DNA of 34,360 bases, from positions 1-34,360 of the forward strand of contig JBBRDV010000010.1 of the NCBI GenBank assembly GCA_038203565.1, given 5' to 3'. Shown here one piece after another: positions 28,153-34,360 of this stretch. The translations under genes were made by a program, and so were the position numbers. Under the pieces are notes generated by a model, which was not told where the DNA came from, did not search any database, and saw only the letters and a list, made by a program, of their open reading frames with translations. Origin of the DNA: Atribacterota bacterium. Lineage in GTDB: Bacteria; Atribacterota; Phoenicimicrobiia; Phoenicimicrobiales; Phoenicimicrobiaceae. Each line of letters starts with the position of its first letter. Position 1 is the stretch's first letter.

Positions 28153-28521
28153 TTATACTACCTCAGGCGCTAGTGAAATTATTTTCATAAAATTTTTATT
28201 TCTTAATTCTCGAGCAACTGGTCCAAATATTCTGGTCCCAACCGGTTCATTTTGAGCATTAATAATAACTGCTGCATTATCGTCAAACCTAATATAAGAA
28301 CCATCTGATCGACCAAGTTCTTTCTTGGTTCGTACAACAACTGCCTTAATAACTTCACCTTTTTTGCAGGTTCCTCCCACTGATGCTACTTTAACTGAAG
28401 CAACAATAATGTCTCCTATCCTAGCATATCTCCTACGGGAACCGCCTAAAACTTTTATACATTGTATTTCTTTAGCACCCGAATTATCCGCAACGAATAA
28501 ACGTGTTTGCATCTGTATCAT
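28153..28521 (-). CDS. rplN: 50S ribosomal protein L14
   Basis: [26 protein letters not shown] and SLAPEV motifs. Confidence 0.98.
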   Translation of the reverse strand: MIQMQTRLFVADNSGAKEIQCIKVLGGSRRRYARIGDIIVASVKVASVGGTCKKGEVIKAVVVRTKKELGRSDGSYIRFDDNAAVIINAQNEPVGTRIFGPVARELRNKNFMKIISLAPEVV

Positions 28522-28550
28522 CTTAACTACCTTCTCTCCTTAATCATAAT

Positions 28551-28571
28551 TAGTGAATAGTCGTTAGTAGA
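28551..28571. repeat. TAGTGAA/TAGTCGT heptamer array
   Basis: tagtgaa tagtcgt tagtaga; related short copies at about 7119, 22853 and 25614. Confidence 0.65.
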
Positions 28572-28654
28572 ACATCCAACTCTCTTGTTTATTATTTAGT
28601 TAGTATTACTTAAAACAACTAACTTACAGTATGGTCATAGTTGTCTGATTTATC

Positions 28655-28912
28655 TTATTTCGTTCTTTCTAATATTTCCGTAACTCTCCATCTTTTTCTT
28701 TTGCTTAAAGGTCGAGTTTCAGCAATTTTTACTTTATCGCCGATACTACAGATATTTTTTTCATCATGTGCCATAAATTTAGTTGATTTTTTTATCCTTT
28801 TTTTGTAAAGAGGATGTGATACCAGGTATTCAACTTTTACAACTATACTCTTTTCCATATTATTACTTACGACTTTTCCAATTTTTGTTTTATTTTTTTT
28901 CCCGGACAGCAT
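28655..28912 (-). CDS. rpsQ: 30S ribosomal protein S17
   Basis: G.VVS..M.K, HPLY.K, AHDE and ETRPLSK.KRW motifs. Confidence 0.98.
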   Translation of the reverse strand: MLSGKKNKTKIGKVVSNNMEKSIVVKVEYLVSHPLYKKRIKKSTKFMAHDEKNICSIGDKVKIAETRPLSKRKRWRVTEILERTK

Positions 28913-28930
28913 TTAACCCTCCTTTTTATT

Positions 28931-29137
28931 TCAATTTACTTTGTTTTTTTCTAATTCAATTTCTCTTAAAATTGTTTTTGCTCTAGCAATATTATGCCTT
29001 ACTTCTTTTATCCTCATAGGATTACCTAATTGTCCTGTAACAACTTGAAATCTCAAGCTAAATAATTCATCTTTAAAATCAGTCAGTTTCTTTTGTAATT
29101 CTTCTAATGACAAATCTCTTAATTCACTTGCTTTCAT
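28931..29137 (-). CDS. rpmC: 50S ribosomal protein L29
   Basis: ELF.LRFQ...GQL.NP and IAR.KT motifs. Confidence 0.97.
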   Translation of the reverse strand: MKASELRDLSLEELQKKLTDFKDELFSLRFQVVTGQLGNPMRIKEVRHNIARAKTILREIELEKNKVN

Positions 29138-29560
29138 TTATCCCACCACCTGTTCATTTCTGGAAAGAAAACGAGTTTTTATGGGTAACTTATGTGCGGC
29201 TAACCGCATCGCTTCTTTAGCTAAACTTAGTTCAACTCCGCCTAATTCAAATAATACCTTTCCCGGTTTTACTACTGCCACCCAATGGTCGGGGGCTCCT
29301 TTTCCTTTACCCATCCTAGTTTCTGCTGGTTTTTTAGTCACTGATTTATCAGGAAACATTCTTACCCAAACTTTTCCACCTCTTTTTATTGCATGAGTAA
29401 TAGCAACCCGTGCCGATTCTATTTGAGCACTGGTTATCCAATGAGGCTCTAATGCCTGCAAGCCAAAATCTCCAAAAGCAATAAAATCTCCTTTGTGGGC
29501 ACACCCTTTCATGGTTCCCCTATGTGTTTTTCGATATTTTGTTCTAGCTGGTTGTAACAT
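29138..29560 (-). CDS. rplP: 50S ribosomal protein L16
   Basis: [21 protein letters not shown] and A.HKLP motifs. Confidence 0.98.
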   Translation of the reverse strand: MLQPARTKYRKTHRGTMKGCAHKGDFIAFGDFGLQALEPHWITSAQIESARVAITHAIKRGGKVWVRMFPDKSVTKKPAETRMGKGKGAPDHWVAVVKPGKVLFELGGVELSLAKEAMRLAAHKLPIKTRFLSRNEQVVG

Positions 29561-30278
29561 CTTTCCGTACTCCTTCTCTACTTGATTCTTCTACTTTCTT
29601 GCCAGTTAAAACCTTGTTTATTTCTTTCTGTTTAGATACCTCTTTGTTTTTTGCTGGAAGTACTTCTCCTCGGAAAATCCACACCTTAACACCAATTTTA
29701 CCATAAGTTGTATTGGCTTCGGCAAAACCATAATCTATGTCCGCTCGCAAAGTATGGAGAGGTAACCTACCTTCTAAATGCCATTCTGTTCTTGCTATTT
29801 CGGCCCCGCCTATTCTACCCGAACAAGATACTTTCATACCTTCAGCACCCATTTTCATAGATCGGCTGGTTGCCTGCCTCATTGATCTTTTAGTAGAGCC
29901 TCTTCTTTCCAGTTGTTCAGCAATACTCTCAGCAACTAACTGAGAGTCTAACTCAGGTTTTTTTACTTCAATAATTTTTAACTGTAAATCATTTTTTACA
30001 AATTTAGATAATTCTTCTTTTAATTTAGCAACTTCCGCCCCTTTTCGGCCTATTACAATACCTGGCCTTGCGCAATTTATAGTTAACCTCACTCGATCAG
30101 CTATACGTTCAACTTCGACACAAGAAATTCCAGCATGTTTTAAACGATTTTTAATATATTTTTTTATTTTGTAATCTTGATATATATTTTCTGCATAACC
30201 CTTTTTTGCAAACCACTTATCATCCCAATCTTTTATAATTCCAATTCTTAATCCTTTTGGATGTACTTTCTGTCCCAA
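29544..30278 (-). CDS. rpsC: 30S ribosomal protein S3
   Basis: [19 protein letters not shown] and [11 protein letters not shown] motifs; TTG start. Confidence 0.98.
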   Translation of the reverse strand: MGQKVHPKGLRIGIIKDWDDKWFAKKGYAENIYQDYKIKKYIKNRLKHAGISCVEVERIADRVRLTINCARPGIVIGRKGAEVAKLKEELSKFVKNDLQLKIIEVKKPELDSQLVAESIAEQLERRGSTKRSMRQATSRSMKMGAEGMKVSCSGRIGGAEIARTEWHLEGRLPLHTLRADIDYGFAEANTTYGKIGVKVWIFRGEVLPAKNKEVSKQKEINKVLTGKKVEESSREGVRKDVTTS

Positions 30279-30623
30279 TTACTTTCCCTCCCCTTTATGA
30301 TCAACTATAATGGTAATATGACTAGTTCTTTTTCTTATTTTGCTTGCTCTACCCATAGCCCGAGGTCTAAATCTTTTCGTTATAGGTCCTTCATCAGCAT
30401 AGGCTTCGGATATATATAAATCTTCTACGTTTATATCATTATTATTTTGTGCATTATAAATCGCAGAGTTTAAAACATTGTATACCATTTTAGCTGAACG
30501 GTTAGGAAGAAACTTCATGGTTAAGAGAGCTTCACCAGCATTCTTGCCCCGAATAATATCTAAAATCTGTCTTCCCTTACGAGCAGATATAGGTAAATAT
30601 TTACCTACTGCCTTTATACTCAT
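30279..30623 (-). CDS. rplV: 50S ribosomal protein L22
   Basis: S.RK.R...D.IRG, PRAMGRA and KRTSHIT motifs. Confidence 0.98.
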   Translation of the reverse strand: MSIKAVGKYLPISARKGRQILDIIRGKNAGEALLTMKFLPNRSAKMVYNVLNSAIYNAQNNNDINVEDLYISEAYADEGPITKRFRPRAMGRASKIRKRTSHITIIVDHKGEGK

Positions 30624-30773
30624 TGTTTTCCTCCTAATTTAGTTTATTTGTTTTTCTGCAATAAAAAAAATTAATTGTTTGGTAATCTTTAATAAATTTA
30701 AATAAAATTTCTTAACTTACCTATATAAGTAATCAAAAGATTTTTTTAATATTTTACTACCTAATATTATTTA

Positions 30774-31058
30774 CTACTTTACCGAAGTTGATTTTTCAGT
30801 ATGAGCACTATGCCCCTTAAAAATCCTAGTAGGGGAAAATTCTCCTAATTTATGACCTACCATGTTTTCGGTAATATACACTGGGATATGTCTTTTACCG
30901 TTATGTACGGCAATGGTATGTCCAACCATTATAGGAAAAATCGTTGACCTTCTAGACCAAGTTTTAATTATAGTTTTCTGTCTCTTCTGATTTAGTTCTC
31001 TAATTTTACTTAATAATTTTTCATCAATATAAGGTCCCTTTTTTAAAGATCTAGACAT
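30774..31058 (-). CDS. rpsS: 30S ribosomal protein S19
   Basis: RSLKKGP, KTWSR.STI and MVGHKLGEF motifs. Confidence 0.98.
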   Translation of the reverse strand: MSRSLKKGPYIDEKLLSKIRELNQKRQKTIIKTWSRRSTIFPIMVGHTIAVHNGKRHIPVYITENMVGHKLGEFSPTRIFKGHSAHTEKSTSVK

Positions 31059-31083
31059 CTAAAACAACTGCCTCCCTTATTTA

Positions 31084-31917
31084 CTATTTTTTCGTCCTTC
31101 TTTTTACAATATATTTATCTGAAGGTTTATTCTTTTTTCTGGTCTTATACCCCTTTGCCAGCATACCGGTTGGAGAGCAAGGGTGTCTACCTCCAGAACT
31201 TTTTCCTTCTCCTCCACCCATGGGATGATCAACAGGATTCATGGCTACCCCTCTAACCGTTGGTCTTATCCCTAACCATCTACTTTTGCCTGCTTTACCA
31301 TACGATAAATTTTCATGAATAAGGTTACCAATTTGCCCGATACTGGCTTTACACTCCAAATGAATTAACCTTACTTCACCGGAAGGCAATCTAACATGAG
31401 CATATTTTCCTTCTTTGGCCATAAGTTGAGCTACTGTTCCGGCTGAACGAACTAATTTACCGCCTTGTCCTGATCTTAATTCAATATTATGAATTAATGT
31501 ACCAGTAGGGATATCTTTTAATGATTTTGAATTTCCTACCTTAATATCTGCATCTCTTCCGGATATAATTACATCTCCCACTTTTAAATTTGCCGGACAT
31601 AGGATGTATCTCTTTTCTCCATCATAATATTTAAGTAAAGCTATTCGTGCTGAACGATTAGGATCATATTCAATACTAGAAACCTTTGCCGGAATTCCTT
31701 CTTTTTGACTCCTAAAATCAATTATTCTATACTTTCTCTTACTCCCACCGCCTTGATGCCTAACTGTTAGTCTGCCCTGATTATTTCTTCCGCCTCTTTT
31801 TTTAAGTCCTACGGTTAGAGATTTTTCTGGCTTATCGGTAGTTATTTCATCAAAGGTTGAAATGGTCATAAATCTTCTCCCAGGAGAAGTAGGTTTGAAT
31901 TTTTTTATCTCCGCCAT
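31084..31917 (-). CDS. rplB: 50S ribosomal protein L2
   Basis: [14 protein letters not shown] and [16 protein letters not shown] motifs. Confidence 0.98.
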   Translation of the reverse strand: MAEIKKFKPTSPGRRFMTISTFDEITTDKPEKSLTVGLKKRGGRNNQGRLTVRHQGGGSKRKYRIIDFRSQKEGIPAKVSSIEYDPNRSARIALLKYYDGEKRYILCPANLKVGDVIISGRDADIKVGNSKSLKDIPTGTLIHNIELRSGQGGKLVRSAGTVAQLMAKEGKYAHVRLPSGEVRLIHLECKASIGQIGNLIHENLSYGKAGKSRWLGIRPTVRGVAMNPVDHPMGGGEGKSSGGRHPCSPTGMLAKGYKTRKKNKPSDKYIVKRRTKK

Positions 31918-31952
31918 TTAATCTACACCATCCTTAAATATCTTTTTAAGCA

Positions 31953-32240
31953 TTAGATATTTTCTAATTCTTTAATTTTTTCACCCTTTTTTAGGGTAAC
32001 TATCGCTTTCTTCCAATGCGATGTCTTTCCAGAGTATTTTCCTAAACTCTTCTTTTTACCTGGCATCTTCATAATATTTACTTTTGCGACTTTCGTTTTA
32101 AATTTTTCTTCAATAGATTTCCCAATTTCAGTAGAATTGGCTTTCCAATCTACCTTAAATACATATTTATTTTCTTTCTTTAATCTTACGGTTTTCTCTG
32201 AAATTATTGGTTCTAATATAATATCTCTATCTGAAGGCAT
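31953..32240 (-). CDS. rplW: 50S ribosomal protein L23
   Basis: P.ISEK, Y.F.V and WKKAIVTL motifs. Confidence 0.97.
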   Translation of the reverse strand: MPSDRDIILEPIISEKTVRLKKENKYVFKVDWKANSTEIGKSIEEKFKTKVAKVNIMKMPGKKKSLGKYSGKTSHWKKAIVTLKKGEKIKELENI

Positions 32241-32863
32241 TATATTAACACCTCCTCAATTCGCTTTAAAGCTTTTTTGGTAATTATTATCTTTTCATGG
32301 TTTATAAGATCATAGGTATTTATTTTGGAAACGGGCAAAACCTGTGCCCCTTTAATATTTCTTGCTGCTTGTACTATACCGTTATCTTCTTCTTCAATTA
32401 TTATTAATGGTTTTTTAAATGCTTGCAAATTTATTAAAATTTCCACCATCTTACTAGTCTTATTTTCTTCTAATGATAAATTATCTACAATTATAATTTC
32501 TTTATTCTCTAACTTATCTGATAGCACCGATTTTATGGCGGCAACTTTCATTTTTTTAGGCAAAGAAAAGGAATAGTCTCTCGGAGCGGGTCCAAATACA
32601 ATTCCGCCTCCTACCCAAATAGGTGAACTATTAGTTCCTGCTCTAGCCCTTCCAGTTCCCTTTTGTTTCCAGGGTTTAGCTCCTCCACCTCTTACTTCGC
32701 CTCTATTTTTTGTAGAAGCAGTCCCTCTTCTTCTGTTTGCTAAATAACGCTTAACTACTTGATGAACAAGATATTTATTTACTTTAGTATTAAAAATATT
32801 ATCTTTTAGGGAAACTTCTCCAACATTTTCTCCTTTAATATTATGAACTGATAAAGCAATCAT
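32240..32863 (-). CDS. rplD: 50S ribosomal protein L4
   Basis: V.GGG.KPW.QKGTGRAR.G and GGG..FGP motifs; start set at ATG 32863. Confidence 0.97.
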   Translation of the reverse strand: MIALSVHNIKGENVGEVSLKDNIFNTKVNKYLVHQVVKRYLANRRRGTASTKNRGEVRGGGAKPWKQKGTGRARAGTNSSPIWVGGGIVFGPAPRDYSFSLPKKMKVAAIKSVLSDKLENKEIIIVDNLSLEENKTSKMVEILINLQAFKKPLIIIEEEDNGIVQAARNIKGAQVLPVSKINTYDLINHEKIIITKKALKRIEEVLI

Positions 32864-32899
32864 GAACAATCCTCCTTCCCTGGTAAAAATATACTTAAA

Positions 32900-33523
32900 T
32901 TACCCATTTTTATTAATTACAAGCACTGCTCCTTTTGCACCGGGAACTGAACCTCTAACTAAAATTAAATTTCTTTCGAGGTTAATTTTTACTATCTCTA
33001 TATTTTTCACCGTAACTCTATCTGTTCCCATATGCCCTGGCAATTTTTTCCCTTTAAATACTCGAGCCGCATCTGTAGCACCCATTGAGCCAACTGATCT
33101 AAAATACTCCTTCTGGCCATGGGTCTTAGGCCCACCTGAAAAATTATGTCTCTTAATTGCACCAGCAAACCCTTTTCCCTTAGATATTCCTACAATATCT
33201 ACCTTGTCACCTTCTTTAAAAATATCTACCTTTACTTCTGCACCAGATGAATATTTATTGGAATCTTCAATTTTAAATTCTCTGATATGCTTTATTGAAC
33301 TTACTTTGTATTTATTAAGATGACCGGTTATGGGTTTGGAAACTTTTTTCTCTTTTACTTCCTTAAAACCTAATTGAACTGCATTATAACCATCCTTTTC
33401 TATAGTTTTCTTCTGTACTACCTGACAGGGGCCGGCTAAAATTACAGTTACCGGAATAGATTCTCCATTTTTGGCAAATATCCTTGTCATTCCTAATTTC
33501 TCTCCCAATATTCCTGCTACCAT
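32900..33523 (-). CDS. rplC: 50S ribosomal protein L3
   Basis: K.GMT, PVTV, SKGKGF.G, K.PGHMG and G.VPG motifs; start set at ATG 33523 after GGAGGTG. Confidence 0.97.
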   Translation of the reverse strand: MVAGILGEKLGMTRIFAKNGESIPVTVILAGPCQVVQKKTIEKDGYNAVQLGFKEVKEKKVSKPITGHLNKYKVSSIKHIREFKIEDSNKYSSGAEVKVDIFKEGDKVDIVGISKGKGFAGAIKRHNFSGGPKTHGQKEYFRSVGSMGATDAARVFKGKKLPGHMGTDRVTVKNIEIVKINLERNLILVRGSVPGAKGAVLVINKNG

Positions 33524-33551
33524 TTTTACATTCACCTCCGAGTCTAATATT

Positions 33552-33660
33552 TCGTATTGCGTATCGCGTCAGTATTAAGCTAAAAACTTAAAGCGAAAAG
33601 CGAAAAACCATAATTCAAAATTCAAAACTTTTTCTTTTAATTTTAAGTTTTAAGTTTTTG
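33552..33660. repeat. NCGTATY heptads plus AAAAGCG-family heptad element
   Basis: aaaaact taaagcg aaaagcg aaaaacc ataattc aaaa (33582..33620) matches 54..92 at 37/39; followed by an inverted ttttaag ttttaag arm. Confidence 0.8.
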
Positions 33661-33701
33661 TAAAATGTACGAGAAAATTATCTGTTTTGTTTGCCAACCT
33701 T

Positions 33702-34010
33702 TTATTCCAGAGTTTTGAGCTCAATATCTACGCCTGATGGTAAATCAAGATGCATTAATGCTTCTATAGTTTTGGTGGAGGGCTCTAAAATATCAATCAA
33801 TCTCTTGTGAGTTCTCATTTCAAACTCTTCCCTTGACTTTTTATCCACATGTGGTGAACGTAAGACACAATATTTATTTATTTCTGTTGGTAAAGGTATA
33901 GGACCAGAAAATTTTCCGCCAATTCTTTTTACAGTATCTACTATCATTAAGGTAGAATTATCTAATATTCTGTGATCATATGCTTGTAAGCGAATTCTTA
34001 TTTTTTGCAT
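33702..34010 (-). CDS. rpsJ: 30S ribosomal protein S10
   Basis: KIRIRL.AYDH, GPIPLPT, RSPH..K.SRE.FE and LP.GV motifs. Confidence 0.98.
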   Translation of the reverse strand: MQKIRIRLQAYDHRILDNSTLMIVDTVKRIGGKFSGPIPLPTEINKYCVLRSPHVDKKSREEFEMRTHKRLIDILEPSTKTIEALMHLDLPSGVDIELKTLE

Positions 34011-34040
34011 TAACTTTTTATTTTACCTCCCTATTGCAAT

Positions 34041-34227
34041 TCGTATCGAGTATCGCGTATCGCGTGAAACTCAAAAGTATTTCGGATAATGTAATATTTT
34101 TTAAAGGGCGAATAATCCACCCTAGGTTATTATTGGGGTGTATGCAATACACCCCTACTTTTTGCTAATACTATCTCTAATCGCCTTTCCTACTAACGAC
34201 TAACGACTATTCACTAACGACTATTCG
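34041..34227. repeat. tuf-rpsJ spacer: two heptamer arrays flanking a GTAG-REP
   Basis: tcgtatc gagtatc gcgtatc gcgtgaa (34041..34068); REP on - GTAGgggtgtat-tgc-atacacccc (34158..34135), with a degenerate partner near 34103..34122; ctaacga ctaacga ctattca ctaacga ctattcg (34193..34227). Confidence 0.8.
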
Positions 34228-34360
34228 ATTATCTCACTTACCACTCCGGCACTGATAGTGCGTCCTCCTTCTCGGACAGCAAAGCGGAGCTGTTTTTCCA
34301 TAGCGATGGGAGTAATCAGTTCACCGACCACAGTTACTCGATCCCCGGGCATAACCATCT
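34221..34360 (-). CDS. tuf: Elongation factor Tu, 3' end only (runs off the window)
   Basis: Hand translation ..[45 protein letters not shown]; canonical position upstream of rpsJ. Confidence 0.96.
   Translation of the reverse strand, partial: MVMPGDRVTVVGELITPIAMEKQLRFAVREGGRTISAGVVSEIIE

Noticed and set aside
422..33323. Plus-strand ORFs in the track (e.g. 2078..2386, 9870..10325, 27528..27863, 32862..33323)
   Set aside because: They are antisense shadows of well-identified minus-strand genes, with no recognisable motifs.
1731..34227. CRISPR array interpretation of the repeats
   Set aside because: There are no regularly spaced 23-47 bp direct repeats with spacers, and no cas genes.
34221..34360. 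tuf pseudogene
   Set aside because: The frame is open to the window edge, so it is only truncated by the window.

Overview
An AT-rich bacterial chromosomal segment in which every real gene is on the minus strand. In transcription order it carries the 3' end of tuf, the S10-spc-alpha ribosomal protein cluster (rpmD/L30 is missing from its usual place), ecfA1-ecfA2-ecfT-truA, rplM-rpsI, an ornithine/alanine-racemase-like gene, argF, cdaA-cdaR-glmM, a glmS ribozyme and glmS, glnA, ltaE, a hotdog thioesterase, fxsA and acpS. The gene order is Firmicutes-like. An Atribacterota (JS1-type) origin is my unverified impression. The genes are ordinary housekeeping genes; the unusual part is the intergenic DNA. 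Many spacers, even inside the normally compact ribosomal operons, are enlarged and contain (i) several families of degenerate 7-nt (and some 8-nt) periodic arrays, often as inverted pairs running from a stop codon towards the next RBS, (ii) GTAG-type REP hairpins and doublets, (iii) a 27-30 bp CCTG...CAGG mini-element found inserted into a copy of itself (once clearly, once probably), with no target duplication in the clear case, and (iv) a composite repeat present twice in opposite orientation 17 kb apart. No transposase is encoded in the window. All calls were made by eye; no database searches were run.
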